This document shows positions 27,575 through 39,976 of a stretch of DNA of 64,000 nt, piece after piece (position 1 is the stretch's first letter; each line of letters starts with the position of its first letter). A program made the translations under genes and the position numbers. Source of the DNA: Gordius albopunctatus (taxonomy: Eukaryota); NCBI GenBank assembly GCA_964276515.1, contig OZ193910.1, positions 3,348,001-3,412,000 on the forward strand, written 5' to 3'. The notes below the pieces were generated by a model, which was not told the origin of the DNA, searched no databases, and saw only the letters and a list, made by a program, of their open reading frames with translations.

Positions 27575-27841
27575 GGTAAATGATTGCCAAATTTTAAATT
27601 TTTTGCAAAAATATATAATATTTATTACACTTAGAAATTTTTTAAATATCAAATATACCATATACATATTGATCTACACTTAATACCTTAAATGTAAATC
27701 ATGCAAATCAAAATACACAATAATTTAATAAAATCGAACGATCAATAAAAAGTCGAGACGAGAATTTCTCGACTCCATTTTTCAAATTCTCGGACGAGAC
27801 GAGACGAGACCGAGATTTTTCTCGGTTTTTCCGCATCACTA
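27575..27841. mobile_element. Right-end fragment of the tctcg-family hAT
   Basis: Similar to 40490-40763; ends in ccgcatcacta. Confidence 0.75.
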
Positions 27842-27958
27842 GCTATTTTTAATATTTCGTCGCCTTCATCGTTTCTCGCTCCGTATCCATTTCCACCATG
27901 GTACTGTTCAAATCCTTCTCTTGTTTTGCCTACATGACCATTCATATCCGCTCCAATC
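27842..27958 (-). pseudogene. RTE-clade endonuclease fragment
   Basis: IGADMNGHVG...HGGNGYGARNDEGDEIL, an APE endonuclease motif that also occurs at 52105-52220. Confidence 0.75.
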
Positions 27959-28519
27959 TTTAAGGCCCGTCTGCGGGCCGGGCCTGCGCGTGTGTAGATC
28001 TCTATTATTTAGTTTAATTTTAATGAGGAACGCACATAGTGTAGGATACCTCAAAGGGTTAAACATAAATTTTAAACGGAGCACGGCATATAAAACACTT
28101 TAGCGAGTTGGTGAGAAATTGTTAAAAATTCACATTATAAAAAATTAGATATTTTTAAACAGGAAAATTACGATTTATTAAGAACATTTAAAACTTTAAC
28201 ACATATATAGTATGCGTAGCCGTAAAAATTTATTTTCTGTAATCCATTTAATATAATTTTTAATTTTGTAAGATTTATGGATTGTAAAAAACAAGTATTA
28301 TAATAATCTAGATAAATGCTAAAATAGCGCAAAAGCTAATTAATAGACATGTTGGAATTTAAAGTTAAGTTTATTTGCGAGATTTCAGCTTGATAACCTC
28401 ATTTTGGGTTAAGAAGATGTAGTTCCTAAATTTTACCAAACTCTTCTTACTTAGGTCTAATTGATTCTATTCTATAATATTAAGTCGATAATTTGAAACG
28501 ACTCAAAATGATATTTATT

Positions 28520-30039
28520 TTTTTTTAATTAAAATGCTTTTATTCGCTAAAATTGGTACATGAAATATACAATAAACGGGCTTAAAATAATATTATAAAT
28601 AAAAAAAAATTATTCATCACAATCGTCAATAGCCAACACGGGCCTTCTGCCAGAAAAAGATTTGTAATTATATTTAGCTATCAGAATGTCGATTTTTTGG
28701 CGTAAAATTAAGCAGGGTGAGTATTTAGCTTTGGGGGATCTGTTTCCTATCGATTTAAAAAAAGTTAATGCTTTTTTGCCAAAAGTGGCCGAACAGGAAG
28801 CTACTATTGGAATAAAATTCTTAGAATGAGCAATGGCTCGGGATTTGAGTGTTTTGCGATCTTCGGCACAAGAAAGTGGGTTATAACTATTATTAGTTGG
28901 CGCAAAAATATCGATGCAGGTAAAGTCCCATGCTAGGAACTTACCATCCTCCCAGGGGATCATAGAAGCTCCGTCGGGACGCATTCTACCTTCTAAAGAA
29001 GGATCGGATGGTTCAAGGATGGAAGGAGTGCCGGCCTTTTTTAAAGCCGATTGGATTAAAAGGTTTATCTTTTGATGACGGATAAAGCGATATTTGTTTA
29101 ACTTGTAATGAAGTGGGTGATGAGCCCAGATATCTATTTCCTTATTGCAATTTTTGCAGGGATATCCTATGGTAACTTTAATACCTAGGCGGAGAGCTAT
29201 TGCATACGAAACTTCTGGATTTGAAAGCAAAAGTCCTGAGTGTTTACTTGGGATACATTCAAGCCATTCGTGACCAGAGTCGGCCGTAAGTGACCTGAGA
29301 TTAAAATGCTGCACAGTATCACAACTCGAAAGTAGGTAAGCGACGGAGCGCGATACTATACTGGCATCCCAATCTCGTTGTTTGACCGACTCCGGAAGGC
29401 TGGTTCCTGGTATGACGTTCTCATGCCAAGACAATATGGCCAATTCCGTTAAAAAATCATTTGATTGAAAGGTTAATTCAAAAACAAGATCCTTCACAGA
29501 TTTAAAGGACGAGAGAAAAGCCACAAGGGAAATAGTGAGTGGGGACCTAATTCCTAAGTCCCCAAATTTGGTTGGAAGGGTAGCCTGCAGCCAGCTGGTA
29601 TTATCAAAAGGTATATTCAAATTTTTTTCAAGGAGATCTTTAATTGTAGATTCATATACTCTTAAAATATATGTATGTAAAAAAGCTGCAGCTGATCTAA
29701 AACAGTGCTGAATTTTGGAGATGTTTAAAAAGTTTTTTATCATAAAAAAGCTTGATGTCTAGGTAGTAGTTTTAAAAGATTAAATTTTGAAGCTAAAAGG
29801 GCTAAATTCTTGTTTAAAAAGCTTTGTAAACAGGGAGATCCACCTATTGGCGAGTCGAGCATTGATAGATTTTCTTTATTCACAATGGAATATGTTTTAA
29901 ATATGAAATTTTGATCAGTTAGGGGGTTGTGAAACTTCGCATTTAGCATCATTAAATGTTAGATTTAGGGATGTACAAAAGTCTTTAATTATATTAATTG
30001 CTTTAGTTACTTTTGCATTGCTGCCTGCCAAAGAGTTTA
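28520..30039 (-). mobile_element. 5'-truncated CRE-like non-LTR retrotransposon (RT C-terminus plus RLE endonuclease)
   Basis: WLQATLP..FGDLGIRS, decayed CCHC knuckle (CKNC...HPLHY), RH, RPDG..IPW..GK.LAWDFTC; short poly(A) on the minus strand; frameshift near 29740; flanked by a 93-bp direct repeat. Confidence 0.88.
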
Positions 30040-30351
30040 TAAATTTTACCAAACTCTTCTTACTTAGGTCTAATTGATTCTATTCTATAATATTAAGTCG
30101 ATAATTTGAAAAGACTCAAAATGTTATTTATTGCAACAATGAGACACAAGTTGGCTAGTATATGACGTATGAGCATTTGATGTAAATAAGCTAGTAAATT
30201 TGCCAACAACCCATCATAAAACTATTTCAATGCTTGATTTATTTAAAATATGCATATGTAGAAAGAGTAGAAAAGAAGATGATGACATAGTGTATGGAAC
30301 CAAGAAATTAAATACCAAAATGATAATGATTTAATAAAGAACAATCCAGAA

Positions 30352-31050
30352 ATGGATATTATTCAGAAAGAGATCGTGGATAATAATGAAGAGGATGATA
30401 ATAAGGAAGATAGTAATGATAAGGAAGATAGTAATGATAAAGAAGATAGTAATGATAAGGACGGTAGTGGTAATAAGGAAGATGATAATGATGATGTGGA
30501 AGAGAAAGAGGAAGAATATGCAGAAGTGGCAGGAAATGTTTGTGAAGATTTAATTGAGTCAATCGTTGATAAAGAAAACAAACAAGACACTAGCCCAAAA
30601 TCTCTTGGTATTACATTTTTCCCTCTCTTAGAGGAGGTACCGGGAAATTATCCAAAGGCACTAACCAATCCCTACAATTCGGCACTCGGCAATAAGAATG
30701 GGATGAAATGGAGGGATAAGATGAGCGCTTATGTGCGAAGGCATGGCGATGAATCGCAAGACAACATATCCGAAAATTCAATAAAATTTACATTCCCTAG
30801 CATTTTCTATGAACCACAAGCCATAACTTCGTTACTTCGGTTTAGTGCCTCCCTGGATAGTGCTCCACCTAACTCAATATTAATAAATAAAAATGTTAAA
30901 TCGCCGATTAAAAAGCAGTATGGAAAAATAATTAACGAATTCTTTCAAAATTTGTTACACCGTAAAAAGGAGGAGGACGTAAGTAGCATATGTTTATGTA
31001 AGGTCATATTTTTCTCTTCTGCTCGAACCCGGCTTGGCGCTAATAATTAA
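30352..31050 (+). other. 232-aa ORF with an acidic 18-bp repeat N-terminus; coding status unresolved
   Basis: (DKEDSN)n from gataaggaagatagtaat repeats; the C-terminal part is not recognised. Confidence 0.35.
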
Positions 31051-31280
31051 ATTACTCCTCCAAGCTCTCGCTCTCACCTTCGAACTTTATTAAGTGTCCC
31101 CACGTCAGGCCCGAGTCAATGCAGTCCCATAAAATTTCAGCAAAATATTTAACATTAATGACATAAGAATTGAAATAAATCCAACTATAAAATATTTATC
31201 ATAGTTAAATTAATGAAATCTTTGGTAAATAATAAGAAACGGATTTTCGAAAAATATCTGTTATGAAAGGAGCCATGAAT

Positions 31281-33163
31281 CATGGTGGAGAAAACCTTAG
31301 GTCAGGTCAACCTCAGGTCATCCTTAGGTGAGGTTTAGGTTGTCAAATCACCTCGAGCTTTTAACAAGTATGCTTCATTTTTTATATCTTAATTTTACGA
31401 CTAAATTATAATCTCTAACAAAAAAGATTTATTAAGTATATATATATATTAAAAATAGTTGAAATAAATTTCTTTAATAGCAAATTACGTATATAATCTA
31501 TAAATTTTTACTCTCTAATAAATTATCATTTTGTTTGATAAAATTAATGTATGTGTATTAAAAATATGCTGCCATCTACATTGTGTTATATTTTTATAAC
31601 ACATTTTTCAAATTCCCTGCCTATCTATGGTATTCTGTGATATAACACACCTTATATTTTTTAATAGTTCTTTTATGGACAAAGAGGGATAATTGTATGA
31701 ATTTTATGTATTTTAGATTGTATAAATAGTAAGACGGCCTGGCGGCACCAAAAATAAATTTACTATTTTTATATCTTAATTAAGAATTCCTCATCTAAGC
31801 AACATAAACTTCATATTTAAGTCAATCGAGATAAAATTTTTAAGCAATTTTATTTTATTTACTAAATCTATATAACGTGACGTGATCAAATCTCGAAAAA
31901 CATTATAATTAAAAAAGGATGGTATTTAAATGCATACTAATAAATTAAAAAATGTTAAGATATAAAAATAGTAAATTTATTTTTGGTGTCGCTAGGCCGT
32001 CCTACTATTTATACAATCTAAAATACATAAAATTCATACAATTATCCCTCTTTGTCCATAAAAGAACTATTGAAAAATACAAGGTATCACAGAATACCAT
32101 AGATAGGCAGGGAATTTGAAAAATGTGTTATAAAAATATAACACAATGTAGATGGCAGCATATTTTTAATACACATCAGGGGCGTAGCCAGGATTTTCTC
32201 AAGGGGGGGGGAAATTTCAAAAAAAAAATTTATAGCATTTTTATTTCAACAACAAAAATATCTTGTGATAAATTTTGTTGGCTAACTTCTATAAGTATAA
32301 AATACATGAATAATATAATAAAAAAAGTCTTTAGGAAATTATAGATTAAACTAACATGATTTATTTTTATAAATATAAATAAATTTCCACAAAATAATAT
32401 ATAGCTAAAAATTTCATTTTTTAAAATTTTTTTATCAAATGTATAAATAGAAAAAGCATTAAATTATTATCACTTAATAATAACAACATAAATCATTATA
32501 ATTAATTATCCTTAGAATAACATATTACCAGCTGTGGTGTCGGATGATTTTTTGGGGAAATAATCGTGAATTTTCATTTTACGAGTGAACAATTGAAAAA
32601 GACAATAATGGTTCATAGTCTTTTGGTCGAAATTTAATTCAAACACGGAAAATAATATTTACTTAATTTATAATTAAAAATAAATTAATAAGTGTTTTAC
32701 TTAGTCATTTATTGTAACTATAAAATAAAAACTTTGAATCTAAAAAGTTTTTATAATTTTTTTTTTAATTTTTGCCAAGGGGGAGAATTTTTCCAGGGGG
32801 GGGGGGATTTTGACAAGGGGGGGGGGGGGGAATTTCCCGCCCCCCCCTTATTTACGCCACTGATACACATGCATTAATTCTATCAAACAAAATGATAATT
32901 TATTAGAGAGTAAAAATTTATAGATTATATACGTAATTTGCTATTAAAGAAATTTATTTCAACTATTTTTGATATATATATATACTTAATAAATCTTTTT
33001 TGTTAGAGACTATAATTTAGTCGTAAAATTAAGATATAAAAAATGAAGCATACTTGTTAAAACCTCGAGGTGACCTCAAGGTGGACCTGAGGTTTTAAGG
33101 TTTTTTTATATGAAAAACCTTGAGGTCCTTATAAACCTTAAACCTCAGGTTTCCGCACCACTA
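31281..33163. mobile_element. Foldback-like element with about 430-bp inverted arms
   Basis: 31350-31779 is the reverse complement of 31955-32176 plus 32863-33072; ends catggtggagaaaacc / ggtttccgcaccacta; degenerate flanks gccatgaa/gccacgat. Confidence 0.85.
32177..32862. mobile_element. hAT-type MITE nested in the foldback arm
   Basis: caggggcgta / tacgccactg TIRs; perfect 8-bp TSD atacacat. Confidence 0.9.
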
Positions 33164-35186
33164 GCCACGATTAATAATAATGTTTGGGTGCAGATAAAAT
33201 TTTATACGAAAGCATATTAAATTTAATATAAAAAAGGCCAATCTGCCAGAAGTGCCCAAAAAGTATAAAAGTGGCAAGCCTAGCCTACTTGAAATTCTAA
33301 ATTTAAGAGATTTGCCCCATCCGGCTTCATGGGCTGGGTGGGTCTGGTTTTTTCTGGTCTATTAATAGATGTAATTGCTTAAAGAAAGGATTTATTGATG
33401 CTCTAATAATAATTATAAAACTTACAACTATCATAGGTTCTAAAATCGTTTAATTAGCAATATTCAAAAAATATATATATTGTAAGTGCTCAAATAACAA
33501 TTAGTTCAGAAACTGTATGCCCATATACTTTTAGTTCACCTAGTAGTAATAATTGCTTCTTAATTTAAAACAAGGATGAAGAGTATCCTGTTATTTCATT
33601 AAGCAAAGAAGAAGAAGGTTTAAATAGAAGGCACAAATGTAGTAATCAAAGCAAGAAAAGCCTTTCAAGTAAATAGTTGTTTTCTTAATTAAATTTGCGT
33701 TGTATTTACAAAAATTCCATTTATAAAATACTACAATGCATGCGTCTCAAAGGTTAACACTTTAGCATTTAATAAGGGAAAGATTTGATTCCGTTAAATA
33801 ATTTGATATATGCAAAGATATTTAGTTACAATTATGAAGCCAAATAGTTTTAAAAAAATTTATATATATATATATGGATTGTTTTTAAACTTATAAATAA
33901 AAAATTATTTTTAATATAGATTTAAAAAATATTACTTCAACTAAGAATGAACTTATTCCTTGGTTCCATAGGCTATGGAGACCATGATAGAAGTTTCCAT
34001 TGCAATGCATACAGACTACATATTCTATGGCCAGTTTAGTTAAAGGCAAAGGCTATATAATTTAAAAGCCGTTTATTAATCTAAGTATATACTTTTCAAT
34101 AAAATTTTGGAAATGAATATTATAGAAGACTAATGGTAATAATATTATTAAATGAATATAACAAATAGAAATATAGATTTATAATTAATTTATATATATT
34201 TCAAACAACTTTAAAGGGCCTAATGAAAAAGCGACACCGAGTTAATGGCAAATATTGAAAGGAGCTCTATTACTTGTATTCCTGAAAACTAATGGTAATA
34301 TTATTATTTTATAAATAATATAACAATTAAAATATAGATTTATAATTAATTTATAACCCCCCCCCAGATTACCACAAGGGATATATTATCACTTAATATA
34401 AATTTATAAAATAATTTTGTGCCACTCAAACATGCCATTGCCATCTAATGAAAAACAACAAGCAATTAAAGCTTAACGTGTTTTTGATTCGTTAAAGTTC
34501 GTGGTTTTAGGTCGTTATATCTTGATGATATTTTGATAAGAGGAAAAAAGGATATTCGTCAAAACTTCTACTCTGCTAAAAGCATTAATTTGTAAGCAGT
34601 TATGTACGTCACCGTTATACCCCTAAGACCAAGCCACCAATTATACCGTTTTCAAAACAATGTGCTTGCGATTAAAATAGTTTACAAACAAATGTCTAAA
34701 CTGTGCAAATTTAGCATTTCAATTTTTTATATAACTTTAGCCCGATTTTGAGACATTTTTCAAGCTAATTCCTGACCTTATTAAGAATCTAAATATTATC
34801 TAAAGCTTAAAAATTGTACAAAGTTGACAATATTTATTGTCTTTACTAATTAGTTAAAAAAGCATATTTAAAAAATTAAGATTCCCTGCAATCAATTGCA
34901 TATAAACTTTCTTAGGAAGATCTAATCCTACCTCCTTGTTTTGCGAAATGTCGCCTATTAAACTTTTTACATTAAATTTGTAATAATTTTATGATATAAA
35001 AATAAATGCGTAATTTTTTTGTAATTTACTCCCCCCTCCACATATTGAGGAAATGCTTATTAGGCGCCTTAGGCAATTAGTTTTGCTTGGTCAATCAACA
35101 TAGTCTATTTACTTAATCCGCAACAATTATATGAACTTAGATGTAATAAAAAAAACTAATTAATTTCATTTTAGATTTTTTTAGTC

Positions 35187-35844
35187 ATGAATTTTAGATT
35201 AATCTTCTTCGTCCTTGCTACTTTAACAGGTAGATTTTTAATATTTCATGTGCTTTAATTTAAATAAACTTAATTCATTCTCTACAAACGGTCATTATAT
35301 AATTGTTTTTATAGCTGATGCAGCAGTGTTAGTGAAGAATTATTCGACTATAAAAATTGATATCTTTCCCAATACTATACGAGCCACCACTGTCCTTAAC
35401 AACACTAAAAATACCATTGTCCGGCTTACCACTCCTAGGATATTCACTATTCATGCCACAACTCCCAGAATTACTACTAAACGCACCACGGCTATTAGGA
35501 TTGCCACTACTCGCCCAACCACTCATAAGATTCCCACTACTCCTAGCAAAATCACTACTCGATCCACCACCTCAAGGATCACTACTAAGCATATCACAAC
35601 TCCTAGGAAAAGCACTACTCGATCCACCACCTCAAGGATCACTACTAAGCATATCACAACTCCTAGGAAAAGCACTACTCGATCCACCACCTCAAGGATC
35701 ACTACTAAGCATATCACAACTCCTGGGAAAATCCCTATACGTCCGACCACTCGGAGGTCTACCACAAAGCATAGCGTCACTCCTAGAAAAACCAGTATTC
35801 GTTTAACAACTCATAGGATAATCACTACTCGCGCCCAGTCCTAG
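35187..35844 (+). CDS. Secreted Thr/Arg/Lys-rich mucin-like repeat protein. Exons 35187-35229, 35315-35844
   Basis: Spliced N-terminus MNFRLIFFVLATLTADA resembles a signal peptide; phase-1 intron is consistent; 60-bp repeats encode TTPRKSTTRSTTSRITTKHI. Confidence 0.7.
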
Positions 35845-36065
35845 GATTAGGACTATTTAAAATTAATAACCAGGCCACCCTTCTTATCACTATTTTTACC
35901 ATTCTACTATGTGAGAGGTTATAAGTGATAGGTTTTCTCTAAAAAATCATTAAAATTCATTAATGATTTGATATTACTTTAAATAAATCATTTTTTTATA
36001 AAGTACTCTAAAGCTTTCCATTCCATAATTTTTATAGAGAAGCACTATTTTTAAATGTCACGAGT

Positions 36066-36722
36066 ATAGCCCTGCAAAATGAAATTTCTTCTGCCCGGCC
36101 CGAGCCCGACTTCTCAATTTTTATTTTACCCGAGCCCGACCCGATTTTTTAAATAAAATTTTTGAGAAATATATTTTTTAAAATTATTTCACCATCTTAA
36201 TATAAAATGCATTAGATTGTTATTACACGTATTTACAACTAGGATAAGTTTGAAATGAAAAATTTTTCACTCGTTATAATTTATTCGGTTGATCATTTAA
36301 AACTAAAAATTTAACTTTATAATATATATTTTTAACAGTTCAAACAAAAAAACCTTTTGAAATATTTACTTATCTTATTTCTAAAGTTGTAACAGCTACT
36401 ATAAATCTATTTAAATACTAGAATAAGATTTGCAATTCAGGTCAGTTATATTATAATAGACAAGGGAAAAAGCTAAAGTTTGGAAGCTATATAATGTACG
36501 CTGTGCAAAAAAGAATTATTTAATATCGAATTTTATTTAAATCCTATTTTATAATATTAATTTATTTTAGTTCAATTCGGGCCGGACTCGGACCTCGGGT
36601 CGGGCCGCCGCATCAGGCCCGACCCGACCCCGAGGCCCGATTATATTATAAAATTTTACCCAAGCCCGGCCTGAAACCCGGTCAGGCCGGGTCGGGCTTT
36701 GGGCAGCCCGTGCAGGGCTCTA
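36066..36722. mobile_element. GGCCC/CCCGA-rich hAT MITE
   Basis: atagccctgca / tgcagggctcta ends; flanks cacgagt/catgagt. Confidence 0.8.
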
Positions 36723-37619
36723 CATGAGTGATTGCAGACAATACTTAAATCTAATTATAAATCTATTACACTTCAATGGTATAAGCAAAATTAATTATCT
36801 AAATGTGCGTTCTATTGTAATATAATCCGAGGAAATTTCTAACATATAGGTACTTTAAATAAGAATATAAAAATAGCAATTGATTAAGTTTAAATAAATT
36901 TTCCAAATAATCTATGATCATCTCTCATGTCCAATGTGGAATGAAATTACGAATCATTTTTCTTAAGAACTTCTGTTAGGGCACATACTTAAAACCTTTT
37001 ACTAAAACAATAAATTCGGGGAACACAATTGAGTTTCGTTAAATTAGACTATATTTTTATTCCCTAATACCTAAGGTGAAGATTTAGTTATTTGACAGCA
37101 TAATTGTGTCAGTTGGCTAAGCTAAATTTTATATAATTATTTATAAGATTTGCCAATTTCCACTGCTAAAATCTTTGCTTTTTTTGGTAGCCCCAAGTCC
37201 TGGCTATATAAGAGAAAGTTTCTTAATCAATTTAAATTAATTTGGGCAATGAATATTAATACAAAAATATAAATATTTAATCATTTATATCGATAAAGAT
37301 CTCAGCCGATCCATAAACACCTTGTAGTCGTGGTTGAGCATACTTGAAGCTATTGGCAAGATTCTTGATAAAGGGTTCAACTAAAATTTCTGGGCTTTTG
37401 AGGGAGTGCTAGTGAATTGGAAGTGCTAGATTGGCCTATCAATACGAGTCGGGCCAAATAAAAATTAAATTCAACAAGATGCTGAAATCACGAAGAATAT
37501 TAGGTAGTCAATAATAACAGTTCCATCAGGCATCGAAAGGCTGGATATCAATACTCTCTCATTCCACATAAACCAAAATGTATAATACAGCAATCAGCAT
37601 TAACAACGGTGAGGTCTAC

Positions 37620-38245
37620 AAATAAGTTTGCCATCAACACTGGGTTCCATCAAGGTTCAGTTTTAGTGACTTCCTATTCATAATTATAATTTATATTAAC
37701 CAAGGATTTGGGCGTAGCGCCTTGAGCAATGATCTTTGCGGATATAATCCTCCGAGGGAACAAGAATTGCAGGCGTTCTGTGTGACAAAAACATTTCAAC
37801 AAGACCTAAAGGTACACTATATAGGTTCATCCTACAGCCAACAGTTTGATATAGCTCGGAATCATGGGCTATACATTAGAGGGAAGAGAAACGCCTAGCA
37901 TCCATGGAGATGAGAATGCTAAAATGGATGTTGGGGGTAGGCAAAAAAAACATAAAAGAAATGAAGAAATAAGGAGAAATCTGGGTATAACATCTATGAA
38001 AAGACAAAGTTAGTAACAAATAGACTAAGATGGTATGGCCATGTAGAGAAAAAGAACGATAGCTACTTCAGAAAGAAAATTGAGGAGATAAATTTCGCAG
38101 GAAAACGAAACCTTACGTGGAATTATAAAATAAGACACGATATGAAATTGCACAAGATATATAGATCTATATATATAGACAAATGAAAATTAATATTAAA
38201 AGGACTGACCACCAGCTTAAATGGCAGCCATAGAAAGAAGGAAAA
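37620..38245 (+). pseudogene. Decayed RTE LINE 3' fragment
   Basis: HQGS, YSSESWA, MEMRMLKWMLG and RLRWYGHV remnants; gaa-rich tail. Confidence 0.75.
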
Positions 38246-38345
38246 GTTTTATATCAATTAAGCTGATTTACATAATTATTATAAATTTTTCAAGATCATT
38301 CTCTAATATGCAATTTGGTGAAAATTACAAGGCATTAAATTAAAA

Positions 38346-38479
38346 TTCTTTATAGTTATATTATCGGGAATTGTAGAGGGTGTTAAAAAATATTATAATT
38401 ATTATAATATTTCGTCCTCATAGAGGACATCATCAGATAAGACACCCTCGACAATTCCCGATAATATAACTATAAAGAA
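38346..38479. repeat. Hairpin with a stem of about 37 bp
   Basis: ttctttatagttatattatcgggaattgtagagggtgt versus acaccctcgacaattcccgataatataactataaagaa. Confidence 0.75.
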
Positions 38480-39149
38480 CATTATGAGGGTAAAAATCTT
38501 CTAAAATATTTTATTAAAATATTTTCAAACAATTACTTGCCTTTTACTAAGATCTTTTAGTGTTTTATTAAAAGTTTTTTGATGGAAATAATATACTTTC
38601 GTCCTATTCATGAAATAATAACAAGAAAAAGTGGTGAAGATTACATTTATAATTTAAATCATGTTAACGAATGTTTCCCACATTGTATCATGCCTAGTGT
38701 TTCGAACTCGTCTCGGTTTCGAAAGCAGAATATCGTCTCGTCTCGGGAGTGATTATGAAAATCTCGTCTCGGTTTCGACGAGAATTCTCGACTTGTCTCG
38801 ACTTATTTTTAAAATTTATGCCAAATAAAAATTTCTCCTGTTTTATTAAATAAGTGTTAAAAAATCCTAATGGAAAATTTTTATATTTTTTTAAAAACCT
38901 TAATACACAAACCTTTTAAAGATTTAGCACGACAGGACATCTCATTGACAATTTAAAGATAAACTAATTCATAAAGATATAATTTTCCATGAAAGTGCAA
39001 ATTAAAAAACTAAAATTAAATTTTATAGTTCTAGCAAATTATAACATTTGTATTAAATTAAGTAGACCTTAACATATTTAAGTCAAACCTTTTAGTCCAT
39101 TGCTATTACCTTACCATCATCAATTGTAACCCAGGGAGTTTAATGCATG

Positions 39150-39761
39150 AGAGCCCTGCAAAGTTACTTTTTTTCAACCCGAACCCGACCCGACCCGAAA
39201 GCGTTAAATTTTTCAACCCAAAAACGACCAGACACGAAAGCATTTTAAATATTTTAAATTGATTAGACAAAATGAATTGGCAGCTTTCAGAAAAAATTTG
39301 ACGCCACGAATTTGAATAATAAATTTATTTGAGAGAATTATTATAATTATGTATAAATATAATAGCGTCTACAATTTCAGGCCGTAAACTCGATCTTCTA
39401 TCTTCTAAAATTCGTCCAGCTGTAGAGAAAGATTTCTCACTGGACGTAGAGGAGGCAGGTATGGCCAGAAATTTACCAGCCAATAACCCTAAAACAGGAT
39501 ATTTATAAGAATATATTCTCCACCATTCTAATGTGTCGTATGTTTCGTCTTTTTTTGCAAGTTTATAATGAATATATTCCTCAAGTTCATCTTTTTCTTG
39601 AAAATTTTCATCTGCACATTCCTCCCAACCGGAAAAATCCACGTGAAAGATATGTTTGTTATGCAATGTAAGATTTATAACCTTCAACCCCACCCGACCC
39701 GAAAGAGTTTTAAATTTTTCAACCCGAACCCGACCCGACGGGTCACCCGTGCAGGGCTCTA
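39150..39761 (-). mobile_element. Internally deleted hAT with an open dimerisation-domain frame
   Basis: agagccctgca / tgcagggctcta ends; duplication atgcatg; DELEEY...LEWWR....YPVL..LA.KFLAIPASSTSSEKSFS.AG.I...RR.SL. Confidence 0.9.
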
Positions 39762-39773
39762 ATGCATGTTTAC

Positions 39774-39976
39774 TAGAGTTCTTAAATTTCTAACTTTCTT
39801 CAAACTCCAGACGCGAGCACGCACACTGAGTTGCTTAATATGCGCGTTAGCACAATATGTGCTCATTGTTCGGTGCACTAGGTAGAACATTAGCATATAA
39901 AAATGCTCGAGGACCGAGCAGAAACTCGAGCAGATGGTAGCTGGAGTTGAAGAAAGTTAGCAATTTAACAACTCTA
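39774..39976. mobile_element. 203-bp hAT-type MITE
   Basis: About 37-bp TIRs tagagtt.ttaaatt.ctaactttcttc; perfect 8-bp TSD atgtttac. Confidence 0.9.

Noticed and set aside
35357..35806. Leu/Pro-rich alternative frame and antisense Val-rich ORFs
   Set aside because: By-products of the stop-poor 60-bp repeat; the Thr-rich frame is the one joined to a signal-peptide exon.
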